64,000 nucleotides of DNA from Octopus vulgaris (lineage: Eukaryota), in assembly GCA_951406725.2 (NCBI GenBank), contig OX597818.1, forward strand, positions 31,868,001 to 31,932,000, given 5' to 3'. Shown here piece by piece: positions 52,090 through 64,000 of this stretch. The notes beneath the pieces were generated by a model that ran no database searches, was not told where the DNA came from, and saw only the letters and a list, made by a program, of their open reading frames with translations. The first letter of the stretch is position 1. Each line of letters opens with the position of its first letter. Made by a program: the position numbers and the translations under genes.

Positions 52090-53982
52090 TATGAAGGATA
52101 AAACTTGCAGCTCTAAGTTCAGTCTCACTAATGAGGAAAAATCTCTCTCAGATTTGTGTCCTTTCCAGGAAGAGATTTATCTCGCGTCTAATATATATAC
52201 AGTGGACCTATGTATGTTTGCGGAATTGTAAAGTATTAGCGTTCACAACTTTTATAAACTGTTATATTGAATATGATAACCTTACCAATATTTGGCTTAT
52301 TGAACTAATAATAATAATCTACAGTTCACTGAAATAAAGCAATGCTGAAGAATGGATTGCTATTGGCTAATCCCACCTTCGTGTAGTCTTGAGTAATGTG
52401 CTAGAAGGTATGTTTTTACATGACCTGCTTTGAAAGCACCAAATATCTTTCCCCGAGATTATGTTCAGTAACGATCCATTCAACCGATGATAGGTTGGTC
52501 TAAGGTAATACAAAAATCTATATCTCCCTAATCCTTAACCAAGCGATAAGGATGAGGCTCTGCTATTAGATCTCTATATAGCGATGAACGGGGAGTGGAG
52601 ATGGTGAAGATAATATTCTGCAAACAGGAAAGCTTATGTGGGTGCGTTTTTACACGCCTCGATTAATACTTTCACCAGCGAACCAGGAAATTTTAAAGCT
52701 AAGTTTAGATTCACCTGCTAAAGTAGAAAAATACTAGCAGCTGATATAGTGATATAGTGTTGTAGTTGTTTAGAATCAGTCAACCTTGATCAATCAAATA
52801 TAAGATCAAATGATCAAAATACATTTTATTCGTGAGTTTCCCATCCATTATTCAGATATAACATAACCAAGATCGCATTATCTAATGTGCCCTTTCTGAT
52901 ATTAAGTTCGAGATGGCCGATTTGAGAAGACATCTTTCGGATATTCTCTAACTGGATGAGCAACCCCACCGAGGCTCCTTCATTATAATAACATAGATCT
53001 CGTGACTTATTACTATCATGCAGAAGATCCAGCTCTTTGAGAACGATGAAGAAATGCTCAGAAAACTGTTTCCAGTTCATATCTAATTCGGATTATATGG
53101 TAGCAAATTTACAGTGTTATAGAACGTCAATCAGAATGATTTGCGGCATTTGCTCTGGGTTTCTGCGTCCTGCTTTCAAATCCCGAGGTGACCAGCTTTA
53201 CTTTTCATCCTTTCACAGTCACTAAGGTCATACACTCCTTCTCTCTTCCTTTCTCCCTCTCTCTGTCTCCCTCTCTGTCTCCCACTCTGTTTCTCTCTCA
53301 TCCTTTCTCTCTCTCTCTCTCTCACTGTTTATCTATTTCTCTGTCTGCCTACCACTCTCTCTCTCTCTTTCTGCCCCTCTCTCTCTCTCTTTCTCTCTCC
53401 TCTCTCTCTCCTCTCTCTCTCTCTTTCTCCCTCCCCCTCTCTCTCTATCTCTCTCTCTCTCTCGCTCTCTCAGAATCTGTTTTATGAAACGGCCGATAAA
53501 AATGCATTCACATCACGACCGCTGGACATAAGGCAGAAAAATGCATTCATATCGCTGGACATAAGACAAAAAGTTCATATTTAGTCCATCGTGGTTGGAT
53601 GAATAGCAATAATTACCTTGATGGAATCAGAGGCAAAAACTGAATTGCATATGTCATAAAGTATTTAGAATAAGAGATAATTTCTTTTGCAATCTCAGCT
53701 TATGTTGAGATAATTTCGTTAGAGTATCCGCAGTCATTGAATCACTACTTTTGTCTAGTAAAAAGAAAATCAGTTCTTTAAATATTCGTTAACTACAATT
53801 ATGGTATGTATATAAATGTATATACACACACACACAGACATACAGACACACTCACAATACAAATATGTATGTATAATATATATATATATGTGTGTGTGTG
53901 CCATGATAAAACTCCGAGTTTCGGATGCCTAGGAGAAAATCCATGCCGCCATCTCCTCACTTATTTGACCATCGGAAAAAAT

Positions 53983-54206
53983 GCAGGAGAGTCAGTGTGG
54001 GAAGTAGCCTGCTTACCAACAACATGGTTCCAAGTTCAGTCCCACTGCGTGGCACCTTGGGCAGGTGTCTTCTACTATAGCTTCGGGCTTTATATGTTTG
54101 TGTGTCTGTATTTGTTCCCCTCAAAATCGCTTGACAACTGATGCTGGTGTGTTTACTTCCCCGTGATTTAGCGGTTCGGCACAAGAGATCGATAGAATAA
54201 GCACAT
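53983..54206 (+). mobile_element. SINE family A, internally deleted
   Basis: Head and central part colinear. Confidence 0.7.
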
Positions 54207-54216
54207 GGCCTTGTGG

Positions 54217-54265
<49 letters not shown>

Positions 54266-54635
54266 TAGATAGATAGATAGATAGATGAGAGATTAAAATT
54301 AAAATTAATCAACGGACATTCTAAATATATCTGCCTGCTGGAGATATATGCATATGTACATACATTCAAATATATATCTCTCTATATATATATATATATA
54401 CATATGTGTGTGTGTGTAAGAGAGAAAGCTAGATAGATAGAGAGAGAGGGGGGAGGTGGTTGTTATAAAATAAACTATAACTACTGCATGGTAGTTATAC
54501 TTTGGGAGAATGAAGTATTAGATATAGATGAAACAGCTACATTATGTAGGAATCAGTGAGGGAGCCTTTGTATGCGTATGTGGTCATTCAGCTAGCTAGA
54601 ACTTGTAATCAAAATTCCCCACCAGTTTCTTCTCA

Positions 54636-54673
<38 letters not shown>

Positions 54674-54755
54674 ATCGCTTTTTGTTACATACACAGGCTA
54701 AAAAATTACCCAGGTGCTTTAAAATAAATCTGACACACCACTGCAAGTCGGTGTA

Positions 54756-55308
54756 CCGTAAATCCTCGAGTATAATCCGCATTTTTTTCCCAAAATTTAA
54801 TGGTCAAAATCCCTAGTGCGTACTATATACGAGGTGTAAAATGAAAGTTATTTTCTAAGCAATGTCCTAGTCTCTATTTGCTGTCCGGCAATGTTTATTC
54901 AGACGCATTTTGTGATGTTGGGCGCGAAAATACATTAAGCTAAGCCTGAAAGCGATGAAGTCATAAAAGAATCATCCAAAACTTGCAGTAAGCAACATTT
55001 ATTAAACGTTATTACTGTTATTACTATTATCTCTTTATTTTCTGCAAACAAAATGCACAAAAAAGCTTTATTGTGCATTTTGTGTCAATTAAGTTTGCAT
55101 TTTGTTTGCATTAAGTTATACATACAATAATAATAAAGGACGTTACCGTATACATTTTTACAAACCAAGGACGTTATATAGACCTGCTTGACTAAAGTTA
55201 GAGAAGGGGTGCGTATTATACACAAGGTTTAAGTATTTCAGAGGTACAGCCCCCTAAAAATCCCCTGCGTATTATACTCAAGGGCGTACTATACTCGAGG
55301 ATTTACGG
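54756..55308. mobile_element. Tc1/mariner-superfamily MITE (Tc2-like CCGTA termini)
   Basis: Perfect TIR CCGTAAATCCTCGAGTATA / TATACTCGAGGATTTACGG, TA TSD on both sides, subterminal GCGTA(C/T)TATA repeats. Confidence 0.9.
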
Positions 55309-55768
55309 TATGCAGTATCAGGCTTAGCATATCTGAAACAATCTTTAGATGGCATGTAGTATTTAGATTGTCTACCTATGCTCTGTGGATCTGCTAGTTC
55401 AGGTATAAACCGGGGGTTACTCAGTAAGAACATATAAGATAATGCAGGACACTGTATTTTATGTGACCATGAACGAAATAATTGACACATGTCAGGAATG
55501 CCTTTGATCATAGATTTACTCGATATGAACTGACCTTGGGTTAAACAGAAACACATATGAACTCACATTCCATGCTTACATCGTTATTATTCTCAAAGTC
55601 TGGGGCTTCGTTGAAATTAATTTCTTGCCTACAGTGAAGCCATATTGCATTTATTTATCTTCCAAGTGCTGACCTTTATGTCAATACTTTTAAAATAAAT
55701 ATTCAGATATGTATGTATATATATATATGTATATATGTAGAAATAAGTGTGTGTGTATACATGCAAAC

Positions 55769-55855
<87 letters not shown>

Positions 55856-55889
55856 CACACACAAACACACACAGACACACATATGAATA

Positions 55890-56110
55890 AGGCGGCGAGC
55901 TGGCAGAAACGTTAGCATGCCGGGCGAAATGCTTAGCAGTATTTCGTCTGCCGCTACGTTCTGGGTTCAAATTCCGCCGAGGTCGACTTTGCCTTTCATC
56001 CTTTCGGGGTCGATTAAATAAGTACCAGTTACGCACTGGGGTCGATGTAATCGACTTAATCCCTTTGTCCTTGTTTGTTCCCTCTATGTTTAGCCCCTTG
56101 TGGGCAATAA
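55890..56110 (+). mobile_element. SINE family B monomer
   Basis: GGCGGCGAGCTGGCAGAAACG...GGTTCAAATTCC...CCCCTTGTGGGCAATAAA. Confidence 0.9.
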
Positions 56111-56145
56111 ACACACACACACACACACACAGAAACACACACACA

Positions 56146-56266
<121 letters not shown>

Positions 56267-56594
56267 TATATAGTTCTATATGTCGGTCTTTAATTAATTG
56301 TTTATTTTATTTTATGGATCATATCGTAGCTAAAAAACAGATGACTCTCATTAGATAACAAATTCTTTAAATATAAGCCTAGAAACGCTAAAACAGTAAA
56401 AGTAGTCGGAACGTAGAGCAGTCGGAAACGTTATGATATTGAAGAAAATGTAGACGCCCTCACGTGGATGCACTTTATGTATTTACACAGAATTTTTTAG
56501 GTGATTTTCCTTTGGTGATGTTCTACGACATTTTTTTTTTTTTGGTTTTAATCTATTTTCCGTTTTAATTTGTCATTGTAATGTAACTTGAATG

Positions 56595-56880
56595 TGGAGG
56601 CACATGGCCTAGTGGTCGAGGGATTGTGAGTTCGAATCAGACTGGGTGGTGTGTGTAGTTATGAGCAAAACATTTATGCTCCACGCTGCTCTGGCAGAAG
56701 GTAATGGCGAACTTCTACTGACTCTTTCGCCACAACTTTCTCTCTCTCTTTCCTCCTGCATCTAGCAGCTCACCTGTGACGGACCGGCGTCCCGTGTAGG
56801 TGGGAAACCTATAAACCAATGAAACTGGAAAACCGGCCCTTATGAGCCAAAATGGCTTGAAAAAGAACAAACAGCAACAA
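56595..56880 (+). mobile_element. SINE family E
   Basis: Matches 14231-14528; TSD TAATGTAACTT(G/A)AATG (56579-56594 / 56881-56896). Confidence 0.85.
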
Positions 56881-57184
56881 TAATGTAACTTAAATGCAAT
56901 ATAGCTTAAGTGCATTGGAATTTAAATTCAAGAATTTGAAAACAGTCTAACAATCCTAGGTCGGCGGGGGTAGTTACCGTTTGTATTAAATACATCGTAG
57001 CGACGAGTTTTTTGACGAAATTTTTCTAAGTTCAAACTAATTTCTTTGGTGTGTGTGTTCAATCGCTGAAACGAAGGACGAAACATTTCGACACCTCACC
57101 GATATCAAATTTGTCACGTATCCTTCTGAGGTCAACAAAATTATATCAGTCAAATATTATATAACTAGGCCTATTCCTCATTCT

Positions 57185-58062
57185 TTTTAGTGGGGGTTGT
57201 TACAACAAGCCCAATAGCAGGCATTCTATTCATTTCCTAGCTCAAACAGGCGAAACTCGTCCTATGCTAGGACCAATGCATAGAACGCAACCCTCAGTAT
57301 CAGCAGCGGAGCCCGACAGCATATGCTGGTTTACCCCTGCCGCATCATGCTGGTTCCGTACCCCTGTGAGCAAAATCAAATTCACTTATCCGTCCGCAAG
57401 CACTCTCCAAGCTTTCCTATCATTTATAAACTCTCTTGTTTCTCTCACTCCAACACCTCTAACCACCAAAGCATTCCGCAGTCCATCCACATAAACCGAG
57501 GTCTGCCTCTCGTTCTGCTGCCTACCACTTCTGTCTTCATCACCCTCTTTACTATCCGCTCCTCATCCATCCTCTCCATGTCGCCAAACCATCTCAACAT
57601 TCATCTACCCATTTGAGTCGTTAGCTTTTCGCTTACTCCTGCTCGCCTTCGCACCTCCTCATTCCTCATCCTGTCCATCCGTGTCACACTAACCATAGCC
57701 CTCAGACATCTCAAACACATCTAGTATCTCCTTTCCACCTCTATCAGCCCCTAATGTTGGCACAATCACTCCCTCATATACACCTCTTTTCACTTTCATA
57801 CTTAACCTTTTATCTCTCAGCATACCTTTCACAACTCCAAGTATCTTACTCCCATCCCTAACTCTGTATCCCATTTCTTCAGCCATCACCCCATCCGCCG
57901 TCATATGTGATCCGAAATATCTAAAAATACTCACTTCCTCTAACATCTCACCATTTATACTCACATTCATCCTACCAGCCATTCCATCTCTCGAACATCT
58001 CATCACCTTACTCTTAGCTACATTCACTTTCAGTTTCCTCCTCTCATACACTCTTCCAAATA
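57185..58062 (-). pseudogene. 5'-truncated RTE-clade LINE (RT C-terminus and 3'UTR)
   Basis: FGRVYERRKLKVNVAKSKVM...LEEVSIFRYFGS...YEGVIVPTL...VFEM...TRMDRMRNEEVRRR...LRWFGDMERM...RTRGRPRFMWMD are typical RTE motifs. Confidence 0.9.
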
Positions 58063-58475
58063 TTGAAGAGTGTGGTAGATATTTCAAATATCTACCACAG
58101 TCAAACATTGGGTAGATATAATAAACTGTTCGCTGCTTCTGTATTTCAAGCTGTTTGCCTAAATAAGGAATTAACCAAAAGCTGCTAGCATCGAAAAAAG
58201 TACAAAATAATTCATATTGATTGATGTAGATTATAATATTCCGGACGATCGCTGTTAGAAGATCTTTGACCATAGGTCTGCACGTTTAGATTTAACCTGT
58301 GGCTAAATAACAATAGCAACAATTTGTACAGAAGAACTGAGAAAAATATTGTGATATTTATACAAAGACATGTCTTAAGGGAGGTTGAACTTGATCAATG
58401 ATTTCGCATGCAGAATAGTAAAACAATTAATAGATTTAATTATGTTACTACAGCGATAATTTATTCAGTTATCAC

Positions 58476-58506
<31 letters not shown>

Positions 58507-58509
58507 TTA

Positions 58510-58725
58510 AGGTGGTAGGATGGTAGAATCGTTACTGCGCCACCCCAAAAATTTATTAGAGGCATTTCATCCTTCTTTTAACGCTCTGAGTTCAAATTCT
58601 GCAAAGGTTGGCTTTGCTGTGCATTCTTTTGCGGTCGATAAAATAAGTACCAGTTGTCACCGAAATCGATCTAATCGACTTGTCTCTTCTTTCAAGATTG
58701 CTGATTACCTGTCAAAATAAGAAAG
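58510..58725 (+). mobile_element. Diverged SINE family B
   Basis: GCTCTGAGTTCAAATTCTGC...GGTCGATAAAATAAGTACCAG. Confidence 0.6.
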
Positions 58726-60162
58726 AATATATAAATTTGAAGGATTTGTGTTTTATATAGATTTGTGGGATCTTAGGAGAAATTTAAAGCAATGAAAATA
58801 ACAGTATGGAATAACGGAACAGAATTAAAATATTTAGTATCACTGCATTTTTAGTTTCACGTGAGTTTCATTTTTACCATTGATTTTATCTGTCATCAAC
58901 ATTTCCATTTATATACTGTAACAAGTTTAGTCCACTATTCCTACCCTCCAAATGTTATTAGTCTTGTTATTAACTTTGTAGAATACATTTAAATATAAAG
59001 AACAACTGATGTAATTTTTATCTCCGATATTCATTAACTCTTTCACGTATCCGTAAATACACACTCACACAAGTACACACAAACACTCACACGCTTAAAA
59101 TATAAAGGTCACTAAACTTCCTTGCGTTTTTAAGTGCCAGAGCTTAGTTTTTGTTATAATGTTAAAACTACTCGGCATGATTGCTTGGTTAATCCCTTAA
59201 TTCCTTGTACACTTCTGTCATTGCTTTATTTTTCAATATTCTGGAACTCTCATTTAAAGAGCGCCTGTGTCTTTCTATTCTCTAATTGTTTTAAAATTTT
59301 TTATTATTTACAATCTTTTGCTTACATTATACTTCATTATCTGTGCCAACATCCTAGGAATAACATGTGACCAGTCGGTTCTTTTCTACATGGTTAGGAT
59401 CAATTTTTGTTGCTTAAGTCTCATTTTCTCCATTCATTTTCTCATTTCCTTCCTGCGACTATACACCGTTTCATTTGTATCTTCTTCCATTCGAAAATCT
59501 CTCTAGTAATCTTCCAGCTCGTTGATATGGCGGTGTTAATCTTCCAATTTGATGATCCTATTTTTCTTCGATATGCCGTTCTTTGAAACCAGCATTCCAT
59601 AAATGAGCCTGTTCATCTATCGGCCTATTGTCACATTCATATATTAAGCCGTCGATTTATTTGCATTCAGGCAGGTCCGGATATTGACCAGAGCAGCTAA
59701 AATAATGAAGAACCGCACAGTTGAAGTGTAAGTCCCTTTCAAGTAATCGATTTACCTCGGCCAATACCATTTAGTAAGCTTTCCAAATGGTAATGTTTGT
59801 ATGGTATAAAGGGACAAGAATACGGATCATTCTCGTAAAATACCTCGTTTACAAGAGAAATATCTATAGTTAGAAAATACGAAGGAAAATGTGTGAGATG
59901 AAATGAAAGTATGAGGAGGAGAGGGTAACCAGGAAACAAGCTTGTTAATAGGAAGTCAGTTGTTAGAGTAATGAGACAAAATTTGGTAAGCAAGAAAATA
60001 CCGGGTTACACACAAACTAAAAATTATCACACGTATTGCGGCGCTTAGCTGGTGATCCATCGTTGCATCAGGACGTTGGTATGGTTCATATGTTATTGTA
60101 TGTCTATCATGGCTCGATATTACTTTAACACGGCAGTCTAATAATCTGTCAGATCATTACCT

Positions 60163-60583
60163 ATTTCTTTACTAACCACAAGGGGCTAAACACAGAGGGG
60201 ACAAACAAGGATAGACAAACGGATTAAGTCGATTATATCGACCCCAGTGCGTAACTGGTACTTATTTATTCGACCCCGAAAGGATGAAAGGCAAAGTCGA
60301 TCTCGGCGGAATTTGAACTCAGAACGTAACGGCAGACGAAATACCTATTTCTATTTCTTCACTACCCACAAGGGGCTAAACACAGAGAGGATAAACAAGG
60401 ACAGACAAACAGATTAAGTCGATTATATCGATCCCAGTAACTGGTACTTAATTTATCGACCCCGAAAGGATGAAAGGCAAAGTCGACCTCGGCGGAATTT
60501 GAACTCAGAACGTAGCGGCAGACGAAATACCGCTAAGCATTTCGCCCGGCGTGCTAACGATTCTGCCAGCTCGCCGCCTTATA
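60163..60583 (-). mobile_element. Dimeric SINE family B inserted as one unit
   Basis: Full monomer plus a headless second unit; single 16-bp TSD TGTCAGATCATTACCT (60147-60162 / 60584-60599). Confidence 0.9.
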
Positions 60584-61335
60584 TGTCAGATCATTACCTG
60601 GTCGTACTGTGGAGCCTTTATTTCCACGAAATTTATTTCATTCTTATTCATTGTTACAATCTGGACTTAGTTGAAACATCAACCATTTCATCATTGCCTT
60701 CATATAATAATTTTGGTATCTCAGCGTAATGTTCTTGTCTTCTAATTCCTGTTCCGATTCGAAACATGCTTGTATATTTGATCCGATACTTTCCTTCTAT
60801 ATTGGTCTTTGATCCAGCGATTCATTACTGTGTTGCTGATTCATTAGCAAACCAGATTTATCGATCTGTTATTTCATTGGTATCCTACTGTATTGATTCC
60901 TCTTTTCCTTTGCAAGATCTACTCCTTAGAAGATCAGCATCGTTAGTCTGTAAGTTCATTGGTATATCGATCTATTGATTCAACTAGTTATCAATACATC
61001 CTTTCCCGAATGTAAGTTCTGCGTTAAGGTGATAAACCCCCACACTTTAATATCATTTATGTATGTATTTCTGTTTATTAGTTTACTTAGACGCTGGTTT
61101 GTTGATCCGTAAACTATTATCTCGTCAGTTTCTTTCCTTCCTACATTGCTCTGCTGGATCTATTTTCACATTTATTTTTTCATTGATAAGTATCTTAATT
61201 TATTGCCTCTTATTAAATAACGCTATCATGTTGATGAGTAATCTGCAGTGCGTATAATTATGCCCAGGATCCAAATACTCAGGGAAGGCTTACAATTGTT
61301 TCTTAATGAAAATGCACAAAATACCCGTTATGACC

Positions 61336-61725
61336 AAGGCGAGCACGCCAGGCCGAAATGCTTAGCGGTATTTCGTCTGCCGCAACGTTCTGAGTTCAAA
61401 TTCCGCCGAGGTCGACTTTGCCTTTCATCCTTTCGGGGTCGATTAAATAAGTACCAGTTACGCACTGGGGTCGGTATAATCGACTTAATCCGTTTGTCTG
61501 TCCTTGTTTGTCCCCTCTGTGTTTAGTCCCTTGTGGGCAGTAAAGAAATAGGTATTTCGTCTGTCTTTACGTTCTGAGTTCAAATTCCGCCGAGGTCGAC
61601 TTTACGTTTCATCTTTTCGGGGTCGATAAATTAAGCACTAGTTGCGTACTGGGGTCGATGTAATCGACTTAATCCCTTTGTTTGTACCTCTATGTTTAGT
61701 CCCCTGTGGGCAATAAAGAAATAAA
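61336..61725 (+). mobile_element. Dimeric SINE family B
   Basis: Same tail-to-body junction AAAGAAATAG|GTATTTCGTCTG at about 61550. Confidence 0.85.
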
Positions 61726-64000
61726 TATCATATACCTATGATTATCTCGTTACCACACACTGAAATAAATTGACACGCACAGTATATAAGCCGAAGACCA
61801 CCTGAAAATATATAGAAACTTATACATACACAAACTCATACTTGCGCGCTTCGCCTACGAACAGATGTAAATCCTTCATATATCTCAATTAAACATTCAT
61901 CGTCTCATACAATTTCCACGTCACAGACATATACAATATTCATCACACAAACACATCTTGCCAACAGGCACAAACTGCACCCAGCAAACATATACACACC
62001 AACTCACACAGGAGAAGTCATGCCTAAGCTGCTGCACCTTAGAAATTCTAGACTCGGTAAGTGCAACTACTGTTGTTCATAGTGCAGTACAGCTCCAACA
62101 GAAAACACATTTTCCCGTTAATAGAATAAACATGCCTCTCGGGTTACCCTTTTCCTCTCGCGATGTTGTAACTGTGTGGTTAAGTTTAATGTAAATCTGA
62201 ACATTTTTGTGAATCTAGAAACGAAACAGGAAAATAGGATAGGATACACACTCACAGACATATATTCATATTAGTATTTGTACATACGGGTGTGTATATA
62301 TGAGTGTATGTGTGTGTGTGTAACTGTGAGTGTGGATGCGTATAACCGTATGAGTACACACGTGCTTATGTCTATGCGTTCATGCAGGTGCGGTTTGTGT
62401 ATGAAATTAGATTCTTGTATTAAGTGGAGATGTATGGCAGAAGGGGTGGTGCGTACGTAAATATATGTATATATGTGAATGTATGTATGTGGTTGTGTGT
62501 ATGTGTATTTATGTGTTTACACACACATGCAGCCACACACACACACACACATAAGTACATGCTTGCGCATATACGTATATGCTGGCTAACAGAATTACCA
62601 TAGATTCTAAAATACAGTTATATATTCTTGACCTTTAGCCTCTCTCATTTCGTTATGTACTGTGCTGTATAAGGTGTGCAGTGCTAAAAAAAAAAAACAC
62701 TGCTGATGCATTGAATGAGATTTCAGTTAAGTTATTTTACATCCTGATATTAATGAGTTCATCATTATGAAGAAACGTCTGTTTATTTGTGAACCAACTC
62801 GAACCCGTTTTTATATCACAATATTTAACGTTTTTAACAGGAGTCCGAAGATCAGAATGCGGTTCTAGAGCAGCGTTATTTCAACGAAAGTAAAGTGTTA
62901 GCATTATGGAAACTTAAGTTTATGTAAACATTTAGTGATGGCTGCTTTACAGCTTACAATTCCTGTTAAAGTATCATACGTTTCCAAGTTCAAGTTGTTC
63001 ATTTAATATTGCTTTCAACACAGGTTGTATTTAATGTTTGCATTTGATTACTTTGTGGTCAGATTTTGACAAGAAAGTGTTAGTCAACTAGTGGGTGATA
63101 TGTACTATTGTTACTTTGTATGGTTTTTGGATCTTTTAGAAGATGCTTTTTTTTGCAATTCCATAATTTAGTCAGAGGGGTTATGAGACAATTCGGTACA
63201 GCTGATATGGCGCCGCCTGTTTGGCGTCGCTGAATCGACGCTAACATATTTGATGTCAGACGTTTTAATGTTTCTTACGCTTTCTACCGCACTCCCTCTC
63301 TCTACCTCCTCCTCTTTCTCTCATCCTCTCTCTCTTCCTCTCCCCTCTCTCTCTTTCTCTGTTTATGCATGTTAACATCTAATTATGTTTTCATATATGC
63401 CTTTTCCCCCCTTCTCTCTCTCTGTCTTCTCGTCTTATTCTCTCGGTCTATATATGTACATTACTGCGTGCATTCATGCCTGAGCGTGTTTTCCTCCAGT
63501 GCCAAAACGTACTCTTAACAATACACGTTGAAAATCTTGTCAGCTGTGCCAAATCGTCTCCGTCCAACCAGTTTCCCTCTACTCGTTTCTTTCTGATTAG
63601 AGGATAACGGGACACATCCATGGTTCTTGACAAGTCTTCCATACTGATGGAGGAAAGGAGAAAGTTATCATCAAATGGCAATCTGTCACGAATGCTTGCC
63701 CCGAAAGGCACCCGAGGACCAGGTTATGGGGAGTAAACTAGGCAAAAGATTAAGTACTTATCCAACTGTCTAATAAGAAGTATAACTGTAGATGACAGTT
63801 AAGCCTGTATTCAAGACAAGACTTCACGAAACGAAAGAAACAAAACTTAGAAGATGAGTGAAATTTAGAAAATTTTCCAATATTCTGAGAAAAAAGAAAT
63901 GTAATATGCTTAAAAATCCTTACACACACACAGACATATGTATGTATATATGTATATATATATATGTGTGTGAGTGTGCGTGTGTGATTCAACAACTTAA

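Noticed and set aside
52340-53100. Coding-like unique sequence (84-aa minus ORF)
   Set aside because: No recognisable motif or credible splice sites
57689-58273. 194-aa ORF as a host gene
   Set aside because: RTE fragment read in from unrelated flank
59500-61250. Decayed coding-like tract on the minus strand
   Set aside because: Multiple stops in all frames; family could not be recognised
63175-63270. About 15-bp periodic GGCG(C/T)CGC repeats resembling a MULE-type terminus
   Set aside because: No partner TIR or TSD in the window

Overview
AT-rich eukaryotic DNA, almost certainly from an octopus (inferred from the dense tRNA-headed SINEs of the OK/OR type and the extreme microsatellite load). 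I can support no intact host protein-coding exon, and nearly all ORFs in the supplied track are (TA)n/(CA)n/(AAT)n/(CAT)n artefacts. Recognisable content: a decayed R4/Dong-clade non-LTR element (7.9-11.1 kb) with a 417-bp local duplicate, an RTE 3' fragment, two Penelope-like (PLE) relics, a truncated mariner, several MITEs with TIRs/TSDs (hAT, Merlin-like, Tc2-like, foldback), a Helitron, a Helentron-type HINE, a solo LTR, and about 30 SINE copies from at least 5 modular families. The most interesting signal is a set of unrelated short elements that each carry a minimal hammerhead-ribozyme (HHR)-like fold: a tRNA-headed SINE with a canonical core, a palindromic insert with a G3-C8 swapped core, a 3-copy family with a U6 core, and a type II-like permutation. 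Together they suggest a Penelope-dependent, ribozyme-based family of small non-autonomous retroelements. All folds were read by eye and need covariance-model and cleavage tests.
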